A stretch of 55,930 nt of DNA from Coriobacteriales bacterium (GTDB lineage: Bacteria; Actinomycetota; Coriobacteriia; Coriobacteriales; QAMH01). Both the position numbers and the translations under genes were made by a program. The notes below the pieces were generated by a model. It saw only the letters and a list, made by a program, of their open reading frames with translations, had not been told where the DNA came from and searched no databases. The stretch lies in the NCBI GenBank assembly GCA_051876105.1, contig JBJEHN010000106.1, positions 1-55,930 on the forward strand, written 5' to 3'. This document shows positions 1 to 8,581 of the stretch, one piece after another. Position 1 is the stretch's first letter; each line of letters opens with the position of its first letter.

Positions 1-125
1 AAAGCCTTGTTTTGGGCGGGTTAGACCACCTACCAACTGCAAGGGGGGATTTAAACGGTAACAAACTCGCCGCTTGCAGGATTGTCGCGCGGCGTTGACC
101 TGCGGGGGAAGTACCCTGAGAGCCA

Positions 126-941
126 GTGACGCACCCTCTTTTCACCAGAAAGGACGCCCCCTCTCAGATGCTCTCCCCCGCCCAAGAGACTGCACGCACC
201 CTGCCTGCCGACGCCTCCCCCACCGCACAACCCAAGACCAGCGCCCCGCTGCCCGTCTCACTCAAGGGCATGGCGCGTGCAGAAATCACCAAGCGCATGA
301 TCGTCATGTTCGTGGGCTTCTTCTGCATCTCCATGGGGGTGGCGCTGCTCACCAAGTCCAACACCGGCACCTCCGCCATCTCTGTCATCCCCTACACGGC
401 ATCCGTCCTGCTGCCCTGGCCCAGCTACGGCACCTGGGTGGGCCTCTTCAACGCGCTGCTCGTGGTGGCGCAGATCGTCTTGCTGCGCAGCAAGTGCCAG
501 CCCGTGGACATCGCCATCCAGTTCGTCTTCTGCGTGAGCTTTGGGGCCTTCGTCGACCTCTCCATGTGGATTTTGGGTGCCTACAACCCGCAGGCCTATC
601 CGCTGCGCCTGCTCACGCTCTTCGCAGGCGTGGTGATGCTGGCGCTGGGAGCCTACATCACGCTGGCCTCGCGCGTGGGCGTGGGCGCGGGCGACGGCTT
701 TGCGCGTGCCATCTGCCAGCTCACGGGGATCGACTTCGGCCTGAGCCGCATCGTGTGCGACAGCACCTGGATGGTCATTGCCGCTGCGCTCAACCTCTTC
801 TTCTTCCAAGGCTTCATCACTGTGCGCGAGGGCACCGTGGCCACCGCGCTCTTCGCTGGGCTGTTCGTCAACTTCTTCTTGCGCGTGCTCAAGCCCCTCG
901 AGTACGCCATCATCCCCGAGAACCGCCCCTCTCAGCTCTAA
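126..941 (+). CDS. YczE/YyaS/YitT-type integral membrane protein
   Basis: About 6 hydrophobic segments; 'SMGVALLTKSNTGTSAISVIPY' and 'VREGTVATALFAG' are typical of YczE-like proteins; exact start uncertain. Confidence 0.8.
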   Translation: MTHPLFTRKDAPSQMLSPAQETARTLPADASPTAQPKTSAPLPVSLKGMARAEITKRMIVMFVGFFCISMGVALLTKSNTGTSAISVIPYTASVLLPWPSYGTWVGLFNALLVVAQIVLLRSKCQPVDIAIQFVFCVSFGAFVDLSMWILGAYNPQAYPLRLLTLFAGVVMLALGAYITLASRVGVGAGDGFARAICQLTGIDFGLSRIVCDSTWMVIAAALNLFFFQGFITVREGTVATALFAGLFVNFFLRVLKPLEYAIIPENRPSQL

Positions 942-985
942 GCAGCCCGCCTTCACTCATCACGAGCACAACCCCATCAGCCCCC

Positions 986-1127
986 TCACGTCTGAGTGCA
1001 GCGAGCATTAGCGGCGGAGTCGAAGGATCTCGAGCGGAGCCGCGAGACCGCTGTAATCGACTCGCTGTCTCGCGGCTTCGCTCGAGATCCTTCGACTCCG
1101 CGCCTTTGGCGCTGCGCTCAGGCTGAA
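986..1127. repeat. REP-like palindromic repeat, copy 1
   Basis: ~35-bp stem GCGGAGTCGAAGGATCTCGAGC... (1014-1048) pairing with ...GCTCGAGATCCTTCGACTCCGC (1067-1101); core shared with copies at ~7870 and ~23870. Confidence 0.85.
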
Positions 1128-1171
1128 AGAAGGCGTCCCACTATCCCCATTGTGGTCTAACAGCGCAAACG

Positions 1172-1211
1172 ACTGAGGGGCCGGCGAGCGCGTGGCTGCC
1201 GGCCCCTCAGT
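1172..1211. terminator. GC-rich hairpin between convergent genes
   Basis: 14-bp perfect stem ACTGAGGGGCCGGC/GCCGGCCCCTCAGT just downstream of the MFS stop. Confidence 0.6.
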
Positions 1212-1233
1212 GCGCTTGGCTGTGCGCGCAGCG

Positions 1234-2583
1234 CTACTTGTGGTTTTCGGGCTCGTCGCTCAAGGGCTTGTCCTTGGGCTTGGGGTTGATGAACAGCGCC
1301 GCGATGAGCATCACGACCGTGAGCGGGATGATGGTGTAGAGGCAGGCCTCCCAGTAGGTGTGGCCGGCGTCGATCATGCCGCCGTAGATGGGGCTGAAGC
1401 AGTTGCCGATGCACTGCGCGAACTGCAGCACCGCCATGCCCATGGTGGCCGCCATGGCGGACTTGTTCATGATGGTGGGCGCCAGGGGCCTCAGTCCGCC
1501 GCCGCCGATGCCGGCGCAGATGCCCATGAGGACGATGCCAATCCACACCATGGTGATGGAGCCGGTCTGGAACATCATGTAGAAGCAGAACAGGTAGATC
1601 ACGGCCACCAGGACGGGCATGATCCTCTTGAGCTTGAGGGGCAGCCTGTTGGTGATGGCACCACCAGCCGGGTTGGCTACGAGGCCGATCGTCGTGACGA
1701 CAGAGAGCCCCATGGCCGCGGCCTGCTCTGTGAAGCCCCAACCGCCGCCTTCCACAGAGGTCTGCAGGAAGGTGGGCAGGTAGGTGTTCACGATGCCCGT
1801 CTGGCCGGCGATGAACACGGCGAAGACGATGAAGAGCAGCCAGATGTCCTTGTTCTTGAGCAGCGCGATGCACTCGCCGATGTTGTTCTCGACGTTGTAG
1901 CTCGCGCCCTCGCCGCCGGGCACCTTGTAGAAGACGTTGAACAGGATCAGCGCCACGGTGGCGAAGATGATCACGAACCAGAACACGCCCTGCCAGCCGT
2001 ATGCAGCGGCAACGCTGGGGGTGACCAGCGCGTCGAGCGTGATGGAGAGCGGCACCCAGCAGCACCACAGGCCGAGCATGACGCCGCGCGTCTTATCGGG
2101 GAACCACAGGGTGATCAGCGTGGGCGCGGAGACACCCACCAGGCCGATGCCCAGGCCCTCGATGAAGCGTCCGATGTAGAGTGCGGTGATGTTGGTGCCC
2201 GCGAGTGCGGGGATGAGCCCGCCAATGATCACGCCCAGGGTGGCGATGGTGATGGTCCAGCGCAGGCCCAGCTTGCGGCATATGAACGCCGCCGGGAAGG
2301 CCAGCACGATGCCGATGAGCGAAACACAGGTCATCAGCATGCCAAAGCCGGCGCCGTCGAGCATGAAGCCGCCCTCCGGGCTGACGCCGGGCACATAGAT
2401 GAAGTACAGGGGGATGTTCACCAGCTTGAACTGGCCCAGCGGGGCCGCAAAGCTCACGAGGAAGGTGACAATCCAGATGATCCACGCATAGCGCGGAGTC
2501 TTCTCCTCAAAGCGGTTGACGTCGCTTTCAGCGTACGGGCGTGGCTGCTTGAGAGCAGCGCTGTCTTTTTCCATTAGTCTCAC
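1234..2583 (-). CDS. MFS transporter (paralog A)
   Basis: About 12 TM segments, MFS motifs 'GRFIEGLGIG' and 'WFPDKTRG'; near-duplicate of 8582..9922. Confidence 0.9.
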   Translation of the reverse strand: MRLMEKDSAALKQPRPYAESDVNRFEEKTPRYAWIIWIVTFLVSFAAPLGQFKLVNIPLYFIYVPGVSPEGGFMLDGAGFGMLMTCVSLIGIVLAFPAAFICRKLGLRWTITIATLGVIIGGLIPALAGTNITALYIGRFIEGLGIGLVGVSAPTLITLWFPDKTRGVMLGLWCCWVPLSITLDALVTPSVAAAYGWQGVFWFVIIFATVALILFNVFYKVPGGEGASYNVENNIGECIALLKNKDIWLLFIVFAVFIAGQTGIVNTYLPTFLQTSVEGGGWGFTEQAAAMGLSVVTTIGLVANPAGGAITNRLPLKLKRIMPVLVAVIYLFCFYMMFQTGSITMVWIGIVLMGICAGIGGGGLRPLAPTIMNKSAMAATMGMAVLQFAQCIGNCFSPIYGGMIDAGHTYWEACLYTIIPLTVVMLIAALFINPKPKDKPLSDEPENHK

Positions 2584-2658
2584 CTTCTCTAGAAAACTCC
2601 AGATACAGCGTGCCGAGGAACCGCCCCCGCCAGGGGCGGCGATGCAGTGAGCTGCATG

Positions 2659-3012
2659 CTACTGCGCGGGGATCTGCCTGACGGACCAGAGCATGGGGTC
2701 GCATGCGCGCCCGGTGCCGCAACCGCAGCGCACCGTGGGCTCTACGACCTTCGCCCAGTAGTTCTTGTCTGTCTGGTAGACCCATTGGATCTCGTCGAGG
2801 GTGCCGGTGATTGTGTACCACCACTCCATGCTGGGGCCGTACGGCGTGAAGCGCCCGTCTGTTGCGGACTCGCCGCAGCGGGTGCAGTAGATCTCAACCG
2901 CGCCCTCCCCTTCCGGCTTCTTGCGCTTGAGGGAGTTCTCCGGCGCCACCGCCTCCTCTGCAGGGATCGACGGCTCGACTTCCACTGGCTTGATCTCTTC
3001 CTTGTTGATCAT
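2659..3012 (-). CDS. Small Cys-containing hypothetical protein (CxxC...CxCxxxxxC)
   Basis: GGGGAG RBS, ATGA overlap with the upstream ORF, operon position between Fe-S subunit and MFS. Confidence 0.7.
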   Translation of the reverse strand: MINKEEIKPVEVEPSIPAEEAVAPENSLKRKKPEGEGAVEIYCTRCGESATDGRFTPYGPSMEWWYTITGTLDEIQWVYQTDKNYWAKVVEPTVRCGCGTGRACDPMLWSVRQIPAQ

Positions 3013-3260
3013 GGGTGCTCCCCCTTGCTCGATCCTTCAGACTCGCTGCGCGCGGCCACCGCACAGTGCTTGCTGCGATGCGCGCCCTGTTGCGCACCCG
3101 GGGGCCGCGGGATCCGCGCCCCGCAGGCGCTGCAGCGCTCTGCATCCTCTCCATTGAGCTGCCCGCAGACGGGGCAGCTCCCAGAGGCGTTGAGGGGGCG
3201 GGGCTCCACCTTGCCGCACAGGCCGCAGCGCACGCACACGCGGGTGTATCCGCCGCACAT
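3009..3260 (-). CDS. Small Cys-rich zinc-ribbon/Fe-S-like protein
   Basis: GGGAGG RBS; CxxCxxC, CPVC and CSAC motifs. Confidence 0.7.
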   Translation of the reverse strand: MCGGYTRVCVRCGLCGKVEPRPLNASGSCPVCGQLNGEDAERCSACGARIPRPPGAQQGAHRSKHCAVAARSESEGSSKGEHP

Positions 3261-3363
3261 GAGCCTCGCCTCCCTTCCTCACACTCTTCGCCTTGCTTGT
3301 GCGAGGCGGGGGCTCTCGTTGAGCTGAGAGCCCCACCTGCTGTCAAGAAAAGCGTGAACCTAG

Positions 3364-3723
3364 CTACTCAGCCGTGCCGGCCTTGGGCACGAAGAGCACG
3401 TGCTTGGTGGTTGCGGTGGCCAGCTTGGCGGCCAGCTCCTCAACCGGGCCATACTCCATACACAGCGACTGGCAGTGCTTGACGCATGTGGGCTTCTGGC
3501 CCTTCTCAAGGCGCTTGGCGCAGAGGTCGCACTCGTCCGTGGGGACGGGCACCGTGTCGAGCTGCCAGCTCTTCTTGTCGATCTGCCAGGGGCCCACTGT
3601 GGCCATCTTGATGCCGTAGCGCCCGATGGGGATGTCGTGCTCCACCGAGCAGGCCATCTCGCAGGTGCCGCAGCCAGTGCAGTACTCGTAGTTGATGAGG
3701 AGTCCGTAAGCCTTCTGTGCCAT
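3364..3723 (-). CDS. Small 4Fe-4S subunit of Mo enzyme 1
   Basis: Starts MAQKAYGLLINYEYCTGCGTCEMAC; CDLC...CVKHCQSLC; start trimmed to the ATG at 3723 after a GGAGG RBS. Confidence 0.9.
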   Translation of the reverse strand: MAQKAYGLLINYEYCTGCGTCEMACSVEHDIPIGRYGIKMATVGPWQIDKKSWQLDTVPVPTDECDLCAKRLEKGQKPTCVKHCQSLCMEYGPVEELAAKLATATTKHVLFVPKAGTAE

Positions 3724-3725
3724 GG

Positions 3726-6137
3726 TTAGGCCTCCATTTCTGCTTCGAGGGTGAAGTTGCGGAAGCTGCCCTCGGCAAAGCGGTCCTTGGGCTGTGCGGG
3801 CTCGGGCAGGGGGATCTCCTCCGGCGTGCACTTGTAGACCTTGCACAGGTAGCACTTGCTCTGGTTGCCAAAGCCGGTGTCGCCGCACTCAGAGGGCAGG
3901 CAGACGTTGATGTTGCGGGCATAGGTGGCAAAGCAGCCCTCGCCCTGATCCTCGGGGTCGGCCTCGGGGAACCACCAGCCGTGGTCGGCCTGCACCACGC
4001 GCGGGTCGACGATAGGCGTGACGCGCGCAACCTCGCGGCAGCGGCCGATGGGGCTCTCGATCCAGCACCAGTCGCCGTCCTCGATGCCCAGCTCGCGAGC
4101 CTTGTCCGGGTGGATCTCGAACTGCGGCTGCGGGAGCCTGGAGCGCAGGCGGCTCATCTGGCGGTGCTCAGAGTGGAACGACTCGTAGTGGCGAGCACCG
4201 GTGGTGAGCACCAGCGGGTACTCCTTGTAGAGCTCGGGCTGGCTGTAGGGGCTCATGGGCGGCTCGGCGAAGTACGGCAGCGGCTTCTGGCCCCAGGCTG
4301 CCAGCAGCGTGGACCACAGCTCGATGCGGCCCGTGGGGGTGTTGAAGCCCAGCTGGCCGTCCGGGCGCTGCTCGCCCTTCTCGTACTTGCGGTAGTGGAA
4401 CTCGGGGTAGATCCAGTTGAGCTTGCGGCTCTGGTCGTAGGTGATGCCGGCTTCCTCGATGAGGTAGGAGAAGTACTCCTCCAGCGTCTCGCCCGGCCAG
4501 AGATCCTTGTTCCAGCGGCGGCCCAGCTCCCAGTTGATCTGGAAGTCGTCCTTGGACTCGCCCATGGGCTCGCAAGCCTTGTTGGTGTTCTGGATGTAGT
4601 ACCACACGGAGCGCAGACCCTCGCGCTCGGGGTAGAAGCACAGCGGCAGGACCACGTCGCAGTTGGCCATGAGGGTCGGGGTCATGAAGCAGTCGACGCC
4701 CACGACGAACTCGCAGTTCTTGAGGCCCTTCTCAACGCGGGGCTCGGGGTCCTGGGCGCAGCAGGCCAGCGGGTTGGTGGACTGGATCCACGCGGCGCGG
4801 ATCTTGAACGGGCGCCCGGTGACGAGCTGGTCGATCATGGAGTCCGCCTGGCACTGGACCATGCCGGAGTTGGTGATCATCTCGTAGTTGGAGCCGATGC
4901 GCTCCTTCTCCTGGATCGGAGTGAAGACCTCGCGGGGATCAGGCGGAAGCCAGACCTCGGTGTTGTACGGGTCGTGGACGGTGATCATGCCGCCGGGGAT
5001 GTCGATCTGGCCGGTGATGCACCACAGGTTGCACAGCGCCTGGGAGGCGGTGACGCACTGGAGGTTCATGTCGATGGCCAGGCCCCACTGCACTGCCGTG
5101 GGCTTCTCTGCCATGTACTCGGCAGCGGCGATGATGTCTTCCTTGTCCAGCCAGGTGACCTCTGCTGCCCACTCGAGGTTGTAAGGCTCGCAGGCCTCCT
5201 TATACTCGTCGAAGCCGTAGCACCACTTGTCGACGAAGTCGTGGTCGTAGAGGTCGTTCTCCATGATGTACTTGCCCATGGCCAGGGCGAGCATGGAGTC
5301 TGTACCCGGGCGGATCTGCAGCCAGAGGTCGGCCTTTGCGGCCAGCCAGGTCAGGCGCGGGTCGACCACGATGAGCTTGGAGCCGCGCTTCATGCAGTCG
5401 ACGATCCAGTGGCCCAGGTTGCCGTCTGCGTTGGCGATCAGCGGGTTGTTGCCCCAGACGAAGATGTTCTTGGGGGCCACCCACTCGGGGTTGTCGTAGC
5501 GGTCCGGGAACTGCATGGAGAAGTCAGGGCAGGTGTAGCAGCCCTGGATGGTGTTGGCTGCGGCCACGCGGGGCACGTAGCAGGCGTTGCCGGAGTGGAA
5601 GTACGAGTACTGGATGGAGCCCAGCGCATAGCCCAGGCGGGCGTTGATGGGCGGAGTCACGCGGCCGGTGCCGGATGCGAAGATGATCGACTTTCCGCCG
5701 TACTCGTCGCGGATCTTGGTGAACTTCTCGTCGATCATGTCGTAGGCCTCATCCCAGGTGATGCGCTCCCACTTGTCCGCCTTACCGCGGTCCTTGGGGT
5801 CGCGCTTCATGGGGTAGAGCAGGCGGTCGGGGTGGTAGAGCGCCTCGGCCACGTCCAGGCAGCGCATGCACAGGCGGCCCTGATAGTAGGGATTCTCCTC
5901 GTCGCCCTCGACCTTGATGAACTTGCCCGTCTCCTTGTCTGTGTAGACGATGACGCCGCAGCCGTCGTGGCATCCCGGGGCAGACCAAGCGGCAGATCGG
6001 GTGCAGACCATGCCGTCTTCCTCCCACTGATACGGGAGGTCGCCGCCGGTGTACATGACCGGGGGCTCATTGAAGAAGGTGGGGCGCATGCCCTTCGATT
6101 CGTCGCTGTCGTGGGGAATGTCAATTCTCAGAGTCAT
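3726..6137 (-). CDS. Molybdopterin oxidoreductase 1, catechol dehydroxylase (Hcdh/Cadh)-like catalytic subunit
   Basis: WSAPGCHDGCG Fe-S region, GRLCMRC, SGNACYVPR putative Mo-Cys ligand, TPTGRIE, FHSEHRQ, HGWWFPE; no Tat signal. Confidence 0.9.
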   Translation of the reverse strand: MTLRIDIPHDSDESKGMRPTFFNEPPVMYTGGDLPYQWEEDGMVCTRSAAWSAPGCHDGCGVIVYTDKETGKFIKVEGDEENPYYQGRLCMRCLDVAEALYHPDRLLYPMKRDPKDRGKADKWERITWDEAYDMIDEKFTKIRDEYGGKSIIFASGTGRVTPPINARLGYALGSIQYSYFHSGNACYVPRVAAANTIQGCYTCPDFSMQFPDRYDNPEWVAPKNIFVWGNNPLIANADGNLGHWIVDCMKRGSKLIVVDPRLTWLAAKADLWLQIRPGTDSMLALAMGKYIMENDLYDHDFVDKWCYGFDEYKEACEPYNLEWAAEVTWLDKEDIIAAAEYMAEKPTAVQWGLAIDMNLQCVTASQALCNLWCITGQIDIPGGMITVHDPYNTEVWLPPDPREVFTPIQEKERIGSNYEMITNSGMVQCQADSMIDQLVTGRPFKIRAAWIQSTNPLACCAQDPEPRVEKGLKNCEFVVGVDCFMTPTLMANCDVVLPLCFYPEREGLRSVWYYIQNTNKACEPMGESKDDFQINWELGRRWNKDLWPGETLEEYFSYLIEEAGITYDQSRKLNWIYPEFHYRKYEKGEQRPDGQLGFNTPTGRIELWSTLLAAWGQKPLPYFAEPPMSPYSQPELYKEYPLVLTTGARHYESFHSEHRQMSRLRSRLPQPQFEIHPDKARELGIEDGDWCWIESPIGRCREVARVTPIVDPRVVQADHGWWFPEADPEDQGEGCFATYARNINVCLPSECGDTGFGNQSKCYLCKVYKCTPEEIPLPEPAQPKDRFAEGSFRNFTLEAEMEA

Positions 6138-6274
6138 ATGGAATCACTCTCCCTCTCTTTGTGCGTTCCCTCAAAAGCTCTCTCACCGAGGCAGGCCCTG
6201 GGGGTGGCCGCTCCTCCTTCCTGCGAGCCCCGCTGGCACCTGCCGGCTGTTCGGTGACCCCAACATAGGGCGCG

Positions 6275-6355
6275 CTCACTCAAGCTGCTTGGGCACAGGA
6301 GTTCCATTTGCAAGATTGGAACGCTGAGAACCGCCCCTCATACGCCGCGTACCAT
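6275..6355. promoter_or_regulatory. Candidate operator region of Mo enzyme 1
   Basis: CTCATACGCCGCGTACCAT (6337), CTCACTCAA half-site (6275), and inverted repeat GTTCCA-N10-TGGAAC (6301-6322). Confidence 0.4.
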
Positions 6356-6405
6356 GGTTTGAGCTCGGCAAACGCCTCCAGTGGGACGTCCGGCCCAAAC
6401 GAGGA

Positions 6406-7839
6406 CTAGATCTGGTCGAGGAGGGAGAGGAGCTCTTGCTGAGAGTGGACATTGGCCTGGCGGTAGAGGTTTGAGAGGTGCGTCTTGGTGGTGCTCTCGC
6501 TGATGAAGAGCTTCTCGGCTATGGCCTTTGCGTTGCGGCCCTGTGCCGCGTAGGAGAGGACCTCAGTCTCGCGCGGGGAGAGCTTGTAGCGCTTGGCCAG
6601 CTTGGCGCAGCGTTCTTCGATCGTGCTCTCGCGCGTGATCGCCGGGGGTTGCGCAGCAAAGGTGATGGTGCGGTAGCCCGGGGTCTCGACCTCCTGGTTG
6701 AAGGGCAGGAAGAACAGCGAGGCGAGGATGAAGGCCGCCACCACGGCGAGCGTGAGATAGAGCGTGGCGCTTGCGGCGGCGAGGTAGGCCACTAGCGTTC
6801 CCAAGAGCAGACCGCACGCAAAGCCGATGTTGGCCGCGAGCTTGCCGCGCGTGGAGGTGTAGAGGACAGAAAACTCGTTGCTTGCCGCCAGAGCCGCTAG
6901 GCAACCGCAGTGGATCGTGCGGAAGAGGAACCAGTACACCACAACCGCCCCCAGAGCGAGCACCTGCACCCCCTGCGAGGGGGCCAAGCTCAGCAGCAAC
7001 GCGCACGAGACAACGGCCGCAAAGAGACGCAGCGCCCCGGAGAACAGCAGCGTGCGGCGATTGCCCATGAGGGCAGAGACCGCGGCGTCCATGAGGATGG
7101 CGGCCGCACCCGCCCCCAGCACCGCCACTCCGCCCGCTTGGTAAAGAAGGATGAAGGCAAAGCCGAACGCCACGTTGAGCACGGCGCTCACGATGTCCAG
7201 GTGGACGGTGCCGCGGAAGAACTCCGCCGCCGGTGAAGCCTGCTTGTCTGGCACAGGGCGGCGGCGCGGGGTGATGAACATCACCAACAGCATGCTGCAC
7301 ACGAGCATCAGCTCGCACACAATGCCCAGCGCCAACTTGGGCAGCAGGGCCGTGCAGGCGATGAAGAGCACGCCGCCGATGCAGAAGATCACCGCATGGG
7401 CAAACTGGTTGTGGCACAACCCGCCGTGCACTGTGAAGTCGTCCCAAAGCATGAAGCCCATGGCGATTGAAACGCCGGCGCACAGCAGCCCGCCGTACGC
7501 CAGAGGCAACGGCAAGGGCACCGCCAAGGCATCGAGCACAATGAGCAGGGGCGAGATCGATCCGGGGATGAGGCTTGCCAGGAAGAAGAAGCGGGTGTGG
7601 CCCAGCGCCACGCTGTTGCGGTGCCTGAACCACAGCAGTAGCGCCTGGGTCCCCACGATGCTCCCCAAGAAGAATGCGGCCTGGCCCAGGTGGGCGGCAA
7701 CAAAGTCCGCCCCAACCGGCAACTCGATGAACGCCCCGAAGAAGGCCACCAGGTAGTAGCCGTAATACAGGCAGAAGCCCACTACAACGGTGAGCTGCAT
7801 AAAGCCCAGCCTCTTTGTCTCCACGAAACCCTCCCTCAC
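6406..7839 (-). CDS. Transmembrane one-component LuxR-family regulator
   Basis: About 12 TM N-terminal region plus C-terminal LuxR HTH (LSPRETEVL...GRNAKAIAEKLFISESTTKTHLSNLY). Confidence 0.9.
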   Translation of the reverse strand: MREGFVETKRLGFMQLTVVVGFCLYYGYYLVAFFGAFIELPVGADFVAAHLGQAAFFLGSIVGTQALLLWFRHRNSVALGHTRFFFLASLIPGSISPLLIVLDALAVPLPLPLAYGGLLCAGVSIAMGFMLWDDFTVHGGLCHNQFAHAVIFCIGGVLFIACTALLPKLALGIVCELMLVCSMLLVMFITPRRRPVPDKQASPAAEFFRGTVHLDIVSAVLNVAFGFAFILLYQAGGVAVLGAGAAAILMDAAVSALMGNRRTLLFSGALRLFAAVVSCALLLSLAPSQGVQVLALGAVVVYWFLFRTIHCGCLAALAASNEFSVLYTSTRGKLAANIGFACGLLLGTLVAYLAAASATLYLTLAVVAAFILASLFFLPFNQEVETPGYRTITFAAQPPAITRESTIEERCAKLAKRYKLSPRETEVLSYAAQGRNAKAIAEKLFISESTTKTHLSNLYRQANVHSQQELLSLLDQI

Positions 7840-7867
7840 GATGCAGAACGCAGCGAGCGTCAGGCCC

Positions 7868-8067
7868 CTCTCCCGTCATCCTGATCGCAGCGAGCGCAAG
7901 CGAGCGTCACCCCTCACGTCATCCTGATCGCAGCAAGCGTTAGCGAGCGGAGTCGAAGGATCTCGAGTTGAGCGGCGAGACCTCAGAAATCGACTCACTG
8001 TCTAGTGACTCAATTGGAGATCCTTCGACTCCGCGCCTTCGGCGCTCCGCTCAGGATGACGGGAGAG
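7868..8067. repeat. REP-like palindromic repeat, copy 2 (with duplicated left end)
   Basis: Perfect 17-bp terminal inverted repeat CTCTCCCGTCATCCTGA/TCAGGATGACGGGAGAG; internal GGAGTCGAAGGATCTC/GAGATCCTTCGACTCC stem. Confidence 0.85.
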
Positions 8068-8117
8068 AGCGGGACCAGGGCGCGGGCGGCTGCACGCGCC
8101 ACGCGCTGCACGGTGGT

Positions 8118-8324
8118 CTAGGCAGCCCCCATCTTGAGGTACGCGGCAACCGCCACCACAGCCACCAGCGCCACCGGCCACAGGAACTGCATGAGCTTGC
8201 CCTTGTCGACCACAATGGTCGACTTGCCCAGGTGCTCGGGGTCGATGTTGGTTTGGGGCTCGGCCTTTTCCCTGCGCGGGGCAGCCGCCTGCGCCGGGGT
8301 CATCTTGGTGCGCTTCCTCGTCAT
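8118..8324 (-). CDS. Small protein with C-terminal TM helix
   Basis: AGGAAAGGAG RBS before ATG 8324; hydrophobic FLWPVALVAVVAVAAYL. Confidence 0.65.
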   Translation of the reverse strand: MTRKRTKMTPAQAAAPRREKAEPQTNIDPEHLGKSTIVVDKGKLMQFLWPVALVAVVAVAAYLKMGAA

Positions 8325-8404
8325 CGCACGCTCCTTTCCTCGATACCCCGATTCTTCACGCAAACCCAGCTGTGAACATCCCCCACACCATATGCATATG
8401 CGGC

Positions 8405-8423
8405 CTCATCATCCTAGTATGAG
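8405..8423. promoter_or_regulatory. 19-bp imperfect palindrome (shared operator-like motif)
   Basis: CTCATCATCCTAGTATGAG upstream of the small gene and LuxR gene. Confidence 0.45.
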
Positions 8424-8462
8424 CCCCTTGACCTGCGCTTTTACCCCAGTGCTAGTACGCAG

Positions 8463-8508
8463 AAAAAACGGCAGGGCCGGCTTGTGGTTAGAGGGGGCCG
8501 GCCCTGCC
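8463..8508 (-). terminator. Intrinsic terminator after MFS paralog B
   Basis: GGCAGGGCCGG/CCGGCCCTGCC stem followed by a T6 tract on the minus strand. Confidence 0.7.
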
Positions 8509-8581
8509 TTCTGGCGCGCAGCGGGGGAAGGATCGTGCGCGCAAGATGAGTGCGCTACCGCATGACGTGCGGCGCGCGGTG

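Noticed and set aside
3717-6257. Long antisense ORFs (also 11172..13649, 19843..22254, 40871..43381, 1192..2577, 33210..35039)
   Set aside because: Shadows of high-GC3 genes on the opposite strand; no motifs and biased composition
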